DNA of 64,000 bases from positions 913-64,912 of the forward strand of contig CAIUOG010000175.1 of assembly GCA_903900705.1 (NCBI GenBank), read 5' to 3'. The translations under genes and the position numbers were made by a program. Below the pieces are notes generated by a model. That model saw only the letters and a program-made list of their open reading frames with translations, had not been told where the DNA came from and searched no databases. Shown one piece after another: positions 26,071 through 34,747 of the stretch (position 1 is its first letter; the number at the start of each line of letters is the position of its first letter). This DNA comes from an uncultured Acidobacteriia bacterium (GTDB lineage Bacteria > Acidobacteriota > Terriglobia > Bryobacterales > Bryobacteraceae).

Positions 26071-26766
26071 TCAGGAAGTGGATTCCGGATTGGTTTCCGC
26101 GGGCGGCGCCGCCGGTTCCCGGCCTACGACGACAGCGGATTTGAGGCCAGGCAAAACCCGGAGTGCCTTTTCCGGAGCGGATGGCTGAGCGGAAGCAGCC
26201 GGTCCGTCGGGCTTTTTGGTGTTCGCGAGGCCGGACGCCACTCGCTCCGCGTTCTCGCGCATCCGTAATTGGGCCGCTTCCCGCGCCAGTTCCTCGGCCT
26301 CCGCGCGGGCTTCCGCCAGAGCGGCCGCTTCCTCCAGTTCACGGACCTCCTGAGCCTTGGCCTCCATCTCCGCCATTCGGGCGCGCCCCTGCGCGACGGC
26401 GTCCCCCGAATTCAGGTTCTTCCAGCGCTTAAACGTGAAGACTTCCTTGCGTTTGCGGAAACTGGCAAAGTTAATGCGGCAGTACTCGCAGCGCCAGCGG
26501 TTGGCGCCGAATGATGCCATCAGGCCCACCCAGAACGGAGGCTCGTAGTTCTTCCCGGTCCACTGGTTCAGATCCATGCGGTCGCACTTGGGACAATGCG
26601 CCCACCGGATATCCCCCAGGCTCAGAGTACTGGCTACAAAACGGGTCTTGCAGTCCAGACAACGCAGCGGAGAAACAAAGCGCCACTGCGCGAGTTTCTC
26701 GGCGGCATCACGGGGCTTTGACTCCCGGAGGAAGCGGCTACCGCAATTGGGGCATTGTACTGGCAT
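26071..26766 (-). CDS. double zinc-ribbon protein (4 CxxC pairs) with Ala/Glu-rich coiled-coil tail (hypothetical)
   Basis: The four pairs are CPNC, CLDC, CPKC and CEYC. These are followed by MAEMEAKAQEVRELEEAAALAEARAEAEELAREAAQLR. It lies 13 nt downstream of the aminotransferase gene. Confidence 0.6.
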   Translation of the reverse strand: MPVQCPNCGSRFLRESKPRDAAEKLAQWRFVSPLRCLDCKTRFVASTLSLGDIRWAHCPKCDRMDLNQWTGKNYEPPFWVGLMASFGANRWRCEYCRINFASFRKRKEVFTFKRWKNLNSGDAVAQGRARMAEMEAKAQEVRELEEAAALAEARAEAEELAREAAQLRMRENAERVASGLANTKKPDGPAASAQPSAPEKALRVLPGLKSAVVVGREPAAPPAETNPESTS

Positions 26767-26779
26767 CGTTTCCGTATTT

Positions 26780-27667
26780 TCAGTGCGTTCCCGAAGGAGC
26801 CGGCGCCAGGGTCCGGCGATGGGCGATATCGGCCGCCAGAAACGCCTGGAACGCCGCGTTCAGGCGCTCCCGGACGGCACTCCGGGTTCCCAGCAGTCTA
26901 TCGTCAAATTCGCGCACAGGCAACAGGTCTCTGGTGGTGGAAGTGATGAAGACCTCGTCGGCGCCGAAAAGATCTTCCACTTTGAGACTGCGCTCCGATA
27001 CCGTGATGCCCGCCAGGCGGATCTCCTGGAGCAGAACCTCTCGGGTAATCCCGGGCAGACAACCGTCGGAGATCGGCGGGGTAAAGACCTCATCACCGAC
27101 GACAGCAAAAATGTTGGCCGACGTACATTCCGCCACACGTTCATGCTGATTCAAAAGAACCACCTCGTCAAGACCTTTTGCGGCGGCCCGCTCCGCCCAG
27201 GTCAGATTCTGCGCCCAGGAAAGCAGTTTTGCCCCGGCGAACTCATTCCCGGCAAACCGTGCGTGGGGCTGCAGGCCAAGGCGAACGGCGGGCGACCAGG
27301 CTTTGGAATCGGCCGTGAGAGCGATCACGCTGACCGGCTTCCGGGCCGCTTCCGGGCTTTGCCACATACTGCCGGTGTTCCGAACAATGGCGAGGCGAAG
27401 AGTGCATTCCGGGTGGCCGTTGGCTTCCACCAGACGCAACAGATCCTCATAGACAACGTCCGGCTCCGGCATCGCGAGATTGATCAGTTTCGCATCGCGG
27501 ACGAGGCGCGCCCAGTGGCGTTCCCACGCGAAGGGAAAGCCGCTGGAAATCCGAAGTGTCGTAAAGACGCCCCAGCCGGAGAGAACCCCGACCTGCCCCG
27601 CGCTGAGTTCGGGACTTGCCGTCCGGCGGATCTGTCCATCGTGAAGGATAAAAGAGTGGAGTCCCAT
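26780..27667 (-). CDS. class IV aminotransferase (BCAT / D-amino-acid aminotransferase / aminodeoxychorismate lyase family)
   Basis: 295 aa. The pattern GVFTTLRI..WERHWARL..., EVVLLN..ECTSANIF... and GITR fits fold-type IV PLP enzymes. Confidence 0.8.
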   Translation of the reverse strand: MGLHSFILHDGQIRRTASPELSAGQVGVLSGWGVFTTLRISSGFPFAWERHWARLVRDAKLINLAMPEPDVVYEDLLRLVEANGHPECTLRLAIVRNTGSMWQSPEAARKPVSVIALTADSKAWSPAVRLGLQPHARFAGNEFAGAKLLSWAQNLTWAERAAAKGLDEVVLLNQHERVAECTSANIFAVVGDEVFTPPISDGCLPGITREVLLQEIRLAGITVSERSLKVEDLFGADEVFITSTTRDLLPVREFDDRLLGTRSAVRERLNAAFQAFLAADIAHRRTLAPAPSGTH

Positions 27668-27751
27668 AGTCGTCCCGATCCGATACTACAACTGCGGTAG
27701 CAACGCTGAATCTCTAGTTATGATAACGGATTCTCCCGGGTCCGGCCCTGC

Positions 27752-30700
27752 TTAGTTCCCCGTGATGGTCAGGTTCACCGGAGTTCCGGGCACGCCGCCC
27801 ACCGACACCACCACCGGTTGGACGCCCGGCTTCAGGTCGGCGGGAACAGTGAAATTCACCTGCGTGACTCCAATCAGGCCGTTGACGATGCCGTTGAAGA
27901 CGACCGTTGCCGGTTCGCCGCCCACCATCACCGTCAGCGGCAGACGCGAAACGGGCAACCGGGCGAGAGAAGTCCCGGCGGCAGGCGTGGCGCCGGTGGC
28001 GAGCGTGGGCGTTACGTCGCCATCCCCGGTGATGAAGCCGAAGATGGTTTGCCCGGGCGCCGCGCTGGAAAACGGCACCAGATTCCCATCGAGAGCGAAG
28101 AAGCCCGGCGCGGTGGGCGAGATCTGGAGATTGAAGGCGGAAACCTGACCATTGTTGTTGATTCCCAGCACGGCGGGCCCGGCGGAAGTCTCGTAGGGAA
28201 TCTGCAGGTTGATCTGGCCGGGAGAGATGAACCAGAGAGGCGCGGAAACTCCGTTCACCGTCGCCGAGACGCCGGAGAGCGTCAGAGGGAGCGGCTGGAT
28301 GGACGCGACAACCGTACCCGGTGCGAGGCCCGTCCCGTAAACGGCGGCTAACTGACCCGGCGCGAACTGCCGGTCGCCGGAGGCCGCGTTGCCAACGCCG
28401 GAGATGATGGTGGTCGCGGACGCGCCGACAACAAACACGACCGGCACCTGGATCGCCTGCGGCGCCGCGTCCATGGAAGAGATAGAAAGAATCGCGTTGT
28501 AAACGCCGTTCGAAAGTCCGGCGGCACTGGCGGTGAGCGTGAGCGAGGCCGAGCCTTTTCCGGAGGAAGCGGAGAGGGTGAGCCACTTCTGGAAGGCGGG
28601 GAGGATGGTCGCGGTCCAGGACGGTGTGCCGGTATCGAAGGCGACATCGAGCTTCCCGGAAGTGTTCCCGGAGTCCAACGAAATGGAAGTGCTGGAAACC
28701 GACAGGTTCGCGGGTGAGGCAGCGGGCGCCGCCAGGGACGACGGGGCCGTCGCGGTCAGCAGCGAGCCGTTCTCAGAGACGCCAATCACGGAATAGTTCT
28801 TCGTTTGCGGCGCAGTGCCCGCGCCGAAACAGACGGCGCCGGTCAACAGGCCGAGCGGCGAAAGGCGAGTGGTACCGAAGATCCGCGAGAGCGTGCCGGT
28901 GAAGCTGGTGGACCCGGCGAGCAGCGACGAGAGATTCACCTCATAGCCCGAGTTTTCCTGCACGGTGACCTGTTGTGACCACTGGCAGGAGGGGTCGGCA
29001 TTGGTGTTTTGCTGGGCGACCGAAGGAGTGACGAAAAGGGAGATGGAGGGGTTCACATGCGTGCCCTCGGGCCCCAGAAAGGGCACGGTCAGATCGCGCT
29101 TCCATGTCGTGCCGTCAGCATCCATGCCTTCGAAGTGGAAGACGCGATTGAGCGGCACGGAGAGGTTGGAACCGGCGAGGCTGGTGGTGAAAGAGCCGTT
29201 GGCAATGATGTTCGGATTGCTGATGGCGCTGAGGTTATTCACGTTGTTGACGGTGAACGCGGTCACGCGGGTTGCCACGCCGGCCTTTTCGGTCAGCTGA
29301 ATCGTGTAGGGCCAGGAGGAACCGACCTGATGCACCGGGTTGGGCGTCACGCTGGGAATCAGGAAGGAGCCGGTGGACGGCGCTTTGAGGCTGAGAGTGG
29401 CAGAACCCGTCGACGCGGTGAAGGCGGCATCCCCGCTGTAGAGCGCGCCCGCGACGCCGTTGCCGCCTGCGAGAACGGTTCCGTCCACGGTCAAGGAGGC
29501 GGAGGCGGCATCCTTGCCGGGCGAGAGCGCCACGGTTCCGAGGGAGATGTCGTTCGAGACAAAGGTGACAGTGCCGGTGGGCACCGCGCCGGAGCCCGAT
29601 ACGGCGGCGGTCAGGGTGACTTTATCGGTGATGGCATAGGATGCCGGACTGGCGGCCAGACTGGTGGTGCTGGCTGTACCGAGATTCCACTCTTTAATGA
29701 AGTTGGCGACGTCCAGAGAGCCGAGACCCGTGGCGGCATCGTAACCGGGTGTCGCGGAAAAACCGACCAGGCCATTCACGCAGCCGGGGCTCGATTGCAG
29801 GCAGGGGACTTTGTTATCGCCGACGGTGGTGTCATGAAAGACATCCGTGGTGCTTTGGGCCAGCCGGTACAGGGCGGGGTTGATGTTGCCCACCCCGACC
29901 GCGCTGGCTGGGTTCACTCTTGCGAGCGAGTGATTCAGCAAGGCGACGATTCCGGCGAAGACCGGGCTGGAGGCCGAGGTGCCGCCCACCAGACGAACCG
30001 CGCCGGCACTATAGATCTCATAAGGATCATGCGTGGCGGCGGTGAAGGAGATATCCGGAATGTCGCGTTGCCCGTCGGCAGGCACGCCGGGTCCGGTCTG
30101 CCAGGCGGGTTTCGGGAAAAGCGAACTCACGCCGCCGCCCCCGCCTTCGAGACGATTATTGTCGAGGGACTGGTTCCAGACCTTTTCGGGGATATAGGAA
30201 AGCGCGGAGGCGAAGTTGGCGCGGTTGGAGGCCGCCCACCAAGGCCCGGTGGAGTCATCGAACTGGGTTCCGCCGACAGCCGTGACTTCCGGAATGCTGG
30301 CCGGGTAGGAGACAGTGGGGCCTTTCGACGCCTGCGGGATGGGGGAGTGGACATCACAGGTGGCCGCGCCGGAATCGCCGGAGGACACCATCCACGTGAT
30401 GCCCTGCGCACTGGCCTGCCGGGCCACCGACTGCAGCGTGTCATTCGCGGTCAGTTCACAGGACCCGTAACTGAGTGTCATGACCGGCGCAAGGTTCTGA
30501 TCGACCGCATACTGAGCGGAAAGAAAAACATTGCGGGAGTTGACGTAGATGATGAAGGCGTTGCGGGCCACCGCTCCGGTCCATTCCAGATCCAGATCGG
30601 CTTCTCCCAGGTCAATGGCGCTGGTGCCGGGATCGGGGCCATAGAGAAGGATTTGCGGCTCATTGACCGCCAGACCGAAGCGCGTCCGGAAGGCGCGGAT

Positions 30701-31456
30701 ATCGGCCAGGTCAACATCTGTCTGGCCGATCACGGCAACCTTCTGGCCGACGCCGTCGATGCCCGTCGCGTAGAGGGGAGCGATGTCGTAAATGGTGGCA
30801 ATGTCGTCGGGCGCCAGGTAGTGAGAATTGCCGCTGGTAAGGCGGGGACCGGCAGACTCCGGGAGCATGCGATAAAACGGTTCTGGCGTAAAATCGTGCA
30901 GCCCGTCCACAGCGGCAATTACGGATTCAAAAGCCGCTGGGACCGAGAGCGCGGACGCATTGGCGAAATGATTGACGCCATTCACGCGATAACGGCGGAT
31001 TTCCGTATGAAATGCCCGTGACATCTGTACGGCGCTGCCGCTGAACGTAATCCAGAGCCGGCCGCGGGCGATATCTTTCACGGTGAGACCTTCGGCTTCG
31101 AGCCACGCGGTGAGTTGCGCGAGATCGTTCGCGCTCACGCCGAAGCGCTCTCCGAACTGTTCGGGCGTGAGCCAGCGATGGTAGTCGGGCGACGACGGAT
31201 TTTGTTGTTCGGCGAGAAACAATTCGAGTCCCGGAGCGGGCCGCAGGAACACGGTGGCGTATTCCACCGGCATGGCCGCGTCGGCGGGCCCGGCGTCATT
31301 CACCGGAATGGCCTCAGGGCGCGGCAGGGTTTTCAGCGGCACGGAACGAACGAACGAACTCTTTGCCGGAATGCGATCCGCGACGGCGGCATAATTCGGT
31401 CGGCCAAGGACAATAATGGCGAAAAGCAACACGACTGCGCGGTAAGAAGTCAGCAT
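27752..31456 (-). CDS. secreted S53 sedolisin-family peptidase with pro-kumamolisin activation domain, Ig-like repeats and Solibacter-type C-terminal domain
   Basis: 1234 aa. The prodomain reads YHRWLTPEQFGERFG. The catalytic Ser motif is GGTSASSPVFAGIVALL. The C-terminus GVGNAASGDRQFAPGQLAAVYGTGL...VNGVSAPLWFISPGQINLQIP is TIGR03437-like. Confidence 0.85.
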   Translation of the reverse strand: MLTSYRAVVLLFAIIVLGRPNYAAVADRIPAKSSFVRSVPLKTLPRPEAIPVNDAGPADAAMPVEYATVFLRPAPGLELFLAEQQNPSSPDYHRWLTPEQFGERFGVSANDLAQLTAWLEAEGLTVKDIARGRLWITFSGSAVQMSRAFHTEIRRYRVNGVNHFANASALSVPAAFESVIAAVDGLHDFTPEPFYRMLPESAGPRLTSGNSHYLAPDDIATIYDIAPLYATGIDGVGQKVAVIGQTDVDLADIRAFRTRFGLAVNEPQILLYGPDPGTSAIDLGEADLDLEWTGAVARNAFIIYVNSRNVFLSAQYAVDQNLAPVMTLSYGSCELTANDTLQSVARQASAQGITWMVSSGDSGAATCDVHSPIPQASKGPTVSYPASIPEVTAVGGTQFDDSTGPWWAASNRANFASALSYIPEKVWNQSLDNNRLEGGGGGVSSLFPKPAWQTGPGVPADGQRDIPDISFTAATHDPYEIYSAGAVRLVGGTSASSPVFAGIVALLNHSLARVNPASAVGVGNINPALYRLAQSTTDVFHDTTVGDNKVPCLQSSPGCVNGLVGFSATPGYDAATGLGSLDVANFIKEWNLGTASTTSLAASPASYAITDKVTLTAAVSGSGAVPTGTVTFVSNDISLGTVALSPGKDAASASLTVDGTVLAGGNGVAGALYSGDAAFTASTGSATLSLKAPSTGSFLIPSVTPNPVHQVGSSWPYTIQLTEKAGVATRVTAFTVNNVNNLSAISNPNIIANGSFTTSLAGSNLSVPLNRVFHFEGMDADGTTWKRDLTVPFLGPEGTHVNPSISLFVTPSVAQQNTNADPSCQWSQQVTVQENSGYEVNLSSLLAGSTSFTGTLSRIFGTTRLSPLGLLTGAVCFGAGTAPQTKNYSVIGVSENGSLLTATAPSSLAAPAASPANLSVSSTSISLDSGNTSGKLDVAFDTGTPSWTATILPAFQKWLTLSASSGKGSASLTLTASAAGLSNGVYNAILSISSMDAAPQAIQVPVVFVVGASATTIISGVGNAASGDRQFAPGQLAAVYGTGLAPGTVVASIQPLPLTLSGVSATVNGVSAPLWFISPGQINLQIPYETSAGPAVLGINNNGQVSAFNLQISPTAPGFFALDGNLVPFSSAAPGQTIFGFITGDGDVTPTLATGATPAAGTSLARLPVSRLPLTVMVGGEPATVVFNGIVNGLIGVTQVNFTVPADLKPGVQPVVVSVGGVPGTPVNLTITGN

Positions 31457-31513
31457 CCGGATTCCAGTTTCCTATATTCGCAGGAACCGGCGCGCCGTGC
31501 CATAATCCTGGCA

Positions 31514-32203
31514 ATGGACATCACCTGGCTTGGACATGGCACCTTTCAGTTTGTTCTTCCCGGCGGCGAGACGCTGCTGCTCGATCCCTGGACAGACGGG
31601 AATCCGGCATACCCGAAGGGCTTTGAGATTGACCGCTGCGACACGATTCTGATCTCGCACGGGCACTTCGACCACATCCATGACGCGATCCCGGTGGCAA
31701 AGCGGTTCGATGCGAAAGTGGTGGCGATTTATGAGACGTGCCACTGGCTGGGAACGAAGGGCGTGGAGAACTGTCTGGGAATGAACAAAGGCGGTTCACA
31801 GAAAGTGGGTTCCGTCACGGTCACCATGACCCATGCGGTGCACAGCTGCGGGATTTCCGAAGACGACGGCTCGATTGTCTATGGTGGTGAGGCGGCCGGC
31901 TATGTGTTGACGTTCGAAGACGGGCGCGTGGTCTACTTCGCGGGCGACACGAATGTGTTCAGTGACATGGCGCTGATCGCCGAGCTCTACAAGCCGGACC
32001 TGGTGATGCTGCCGATCGGAGATCTGTACACAATGGGTCCGAGGGAGGCGGCGCTGGCGTGCCGTCTGCTGCGGGCAAAGACGGTGATCCCGATGCACTT
32101 CGGCACCTTCCCGCCGCTCACCGGCCGGCCGAATCAACTGCAGTCGCTGGCGCCGGAAACGAAGGTGTGGGGCCTGACGCCGGGCGAAACCGTCACCTGG
32201 TAA
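31514..32203 (+). CDS. metal-dependent hydrolase, metallo-beta-lactamase fold (UPF0173-like)
   Basis: I refined the start to the ATG at 31514 (MDITWLGHGTFQF). The ISHGHFDH metal-binding motif is present. Confidence 0.85.
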   Translation: MDITWLGHGTFQFVLPGGETLLLDPWTDGNPAYPKGFEIDRCDTILISHGHFDHIHDAIPVAKRFDAKVVAIYETCHWLGTKGVENCLGMNKGGSQKVGSVTVTMTHAVHSCGISEDDGSIVYGGEAAGYVLTFEDGRVVYFAGDTNVFSDMALIAELYKPDLVMLPIGDLYTMGPREAALACRLLRAKTVIPMHFGTFPPLTGRPNQLQSLAPETKVWGLTPGETVTW

Positions 32204-32795
32204 GAGTGTTTTTGGGAGCAAAAACCGCGAGCAGGAAGCCGAGCAGCAGGCCGGCGGCAGCGCCCAGGCCACTCAGCATCAGGGGCGTGACACCGGCGAG
32301 ACGGGTTTGCGGTATCCGAAGGATGGTGACGACGTCGGCCGCCTTCTTCGCGCCGGCCACGCGGGCGGCATTTTCGCCAAGTTGGCTGAGAATGCCTTTG
32401 GTGAAGTCGAGCGCGGTATCGGCATCGTCATCCTCGAACGCGATTCTGGCGCCGATCCGGCCACCGGAAAAGGTCTGGCTGGTGATGGAGAGGTTCCGGC
32501 GGACGTCTTCCTGCACGTCTGTGAGCTTGTCGACGTAAAGCCGTTCCCGGAAGTACGAACTCCGGCGGATGGCCAGTTCGAGCGACGCGGGAATGAGGGT
32601 GAGTTCCGTGGCGCTGTCGCAGAGCCTGCGGGCATCCGACAGGTAGGATTCATGCGTCACGCCCGGCGTGGGACTGATGGCCAGATCGGCCTCCGCCACA
32701 TAGCGCCGGGGAATGAACATCGAGGCGCTGAAACCCAGCAGCGCACCGCTGACGGCGAGCATGGCGATGACGCGACTGACGTGACCGGTCATCAT
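32193..32795 (-). CDS. bitopic membrane protein, Wzz/polysaccharide-copolymerase-like (hypothetical)
   Basis: It has N- and C-terminal TM segments around a soluble domain of about 130 aa. PRRYVAEADLAI resembles the PCP family start. It directly follows nth. Confidence 0.4.
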   Translation of the reverse strand: MMTGHVSRVIAMLAVSGALLGFSASMFIPRRYVAEADLAISPTPGVTHESYLSDARRLCDSATELTLIPASLELAIRRSSYFRERLYVDKLTDVQEDVRRNLSITSQTFSGGRIGARIAFEDDDADTALDFTKGILSQLGENAARVAGAKKAADVVTILRIPQTRLAGVTPLMLSGLGAAAGLLLGFLLAVFAPKNTLTR

Positions 32796-33497
32796 TTAAG
32801 CTGTCGTTTTCGGGGCAGTCGTTTTCAAGGCAGTCTTATCGGGCGCATAGCAGAGCGGCGAGAGTTTGCACTCCGCGCACTTCGGTTTGCGGGCCACGCA
32901 GAGGCCGCGGCCGTGGTGGATCATCTGATGGGAGAAGAGGATCCAGCGGCTCTGCGGAATGATCTTCATCAGATCCCGCTCAATCTTCACCGGGTCCTGA
33001 TTGGTGGTCAGATCCAGGCGGTTCGAGAGGCGTTGCACATGGGTATCCACCACCACGCCGGAGGCGATGCCGAAGACCGTGCCGAGAACGACATTGGCCG
33101 TCTTGCGGCCTGCGCCGGGAACGGACGAAAGCTCTTCAATGGTGCGCGGAATTTCGCCGCCGAACTCGTTGAGGATTTTATTGGCCGCGCCGATGATCGA
33201 CTTCGCCTTGTTGTTGAAAAAGCCGGTCGAGTGGATATCGGCGGCGAGCACTTCCTGGCGGGCCGCGGCGAAATCCCGCGGCGTGGGGTATTTGGCGAAC
33301 AGGCCGGGGGTGACTTCATTCACCCGCTTATCGGTGCACTGGGCGGAGAGGATGGTGGCTACCAGAAGCTCCCACGGGCTGGTGTGGTGCAGCGCGCAGG
33401 TCACGTCCGGGTAGAGTTCATCGAGCCCCCGCAGGATGGCGTCGACGCGCTCCTGGCGGGCGGCTTTCGTTTTCGGACGCGGGCTTTTGGTCGTCAT
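32796..33497 (-). CDS. nth: endonuclease III
   Basis: WELLVATILSAQCTD, the HhH-GPD motif GAGRKTANVVLG, and the 4Fe-4S cluster C-x6-C-x2-C-x5-C (CVARKPKCAECKLSPLC). Confidence 0.95.
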   Translation of the reverse strand: MTTKSPRPKTKAARQERVDAILRGLDELYPDVTCALHHTSPWELLVATILSAQCTDKRVNEVTPGLFAKYPTPRDFAAARQEVLAADIHSTGFFNNKAKSIIGAANKILNEFGGEIPRTIEELSSVPGAGRKTANVVLGTVFGIASGVVVDTHVQRLSNRLDLTTNQDPVKIERDLMKIIPQSRWILFSHQMIHHGRGLCVARKPKCAECKLSPLCYAPDKTALKTTAPKTTA

Positions 33498-34729
33498 TCG
33501 TATCGCAAAACCTCAACGGGAGTGATGCGCGTGGCGTTCCGCGCGGGGTAAATGGTGGCCAGCAGGCTCACGGTCATGGCGGCGAGAGCGATCCAGACGC
33601 CATCGAGCGGGCGCGGCTCAAACGGGACAAACGCGAGCGCGTAGACGGCTTCATCGAGCGGGATCAGGTGGTACTTGTCCGCGACGTAACAGAACAGGTA
33701 GCCCAGCGTCAGACCAATCGCCGTACCAACCAGTCCGATCATTGCGCCCTGCATGACGAAGATGCGGCGAATCTGGCCGCGGCGCGCGCCCATGGAGATC
33801 AGCACCGCGATGTCTTTGTACTTGGTGAGCACGATCATCGTGAGGGTGATCAGGATATTCAGCGCGCCCACCAGTTCAATCAGACCGATGGTGATGGCGG
33901 TGACGACCCGCTCCATCTTGAGCGCGTGCAGCAGTTCGCGGTTCTGATCCTGCCAGTTGGTCGATGTGTAGCGATTGCCCGCCAGACGCTCGGCTTCGGC
34001 CGCGATTTGCGGGGCGAGATTCAGGTCGTCGAGACGAATCTCAATGGAGTTGACCACGTCGCCCAGGCTCAGCAGCTTCTGCACGGAGAGCACAGGCGCA
34101 TAGGCCCAGACCTGATCAATCTCGCCAAAGCCGGATTCGAAGATTCCCACCACGCGAAAGCGCTGCGATTTCGGTTCGGGGCCAAACGGGGTGAGCTTGC
34201 CCTCCGGGCTGAAGACCTTCACCACGCTGTTGACGGAGAAGCCGCCATCCTCGGCCAGTTTCGCGCCGAGGATGATCGCGGGGAGGCCCGCATCGTCGTC
34301 CGTCAGCCGGTCGAGCGAGCCAGCCTTCAGCTTCTTGAGCATGTCGCTGGTGGCGATCTCGCTGCGGACGTCGATACCCTTCAGGATCACGCCCTTGTAG
34401 CCCTGCGCGCCGTTGATAAACACCTGGTCATAGAGCACGGGCGCGGTGGCGGTGACGTGCGGGATGGTGCGAAACCGGGCCATCAGGTCGCGCCAGTTGG
34501 CGATTCCCTGCCCCGGATCGCGGCTGATGATGTTGACGTGCGCGGTCGCGCCCAGCAGATTGCGCTGCAGCGTGTCGCGGAAACCATTGTTGACCGCGAG
34601 CGAAATAATGAGCGCCATCACGCCCGCGGCGACGCCCGCAATCGAGATGACGGTGATGACGGAGATCACCTTCTCTTTGCGGCGTGCGCGCAGGTAGCGA
34701 CCGGCGACAAACAGTTCGAAGGCGCTCAT
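33494..34729 (-). CDS. lipoprotein-releasing system permease, LolC/LolE family (FtsX-like)
   Basis: 411 aa. MacB-like topology with FELFVAGRYLRARRKEK at the N-terminus and an FtsX C-terminal bundle. Confidence 0.85.
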   Translation of the reverse strand: MSAFELFVAGRYLRARRKEKVISVITVISIAGVAAGVMALIISLAVNNGFRDTLQRNLLGATAHVNIISRDPGQGIANWRDLMARFRTIPHVTATAPVLYDQVFINGAQGYKGVILKGIDVRSEIATSDMLKKLKAGSLDRLTDDDAGLPAIILGAKLAEDGGFSVNSVVKVFSPEGKLTPFGPEPKSQRFRVVGIFESGFGEIDQVWAYAPVLSVQKLLSLGDVVNSIEIRLDDLNLAPQIAAEAERLAGNRYTSTNWQDQNRELLHALKMERVVTAITIGLIELVGALNILITLTMIVLTKYKDIAVLISMGARRGQIRRIFVMQGAMIGLVGTAIGLTLGYLFCYVADKYHLIPLDEAVYALAFVPFEPRPLDGVWIALAAMTVSLLATIYPARNATRITPVEVLRYE

Positions 34730-34747
34730 GGGAGGAGAGACGCCTGA

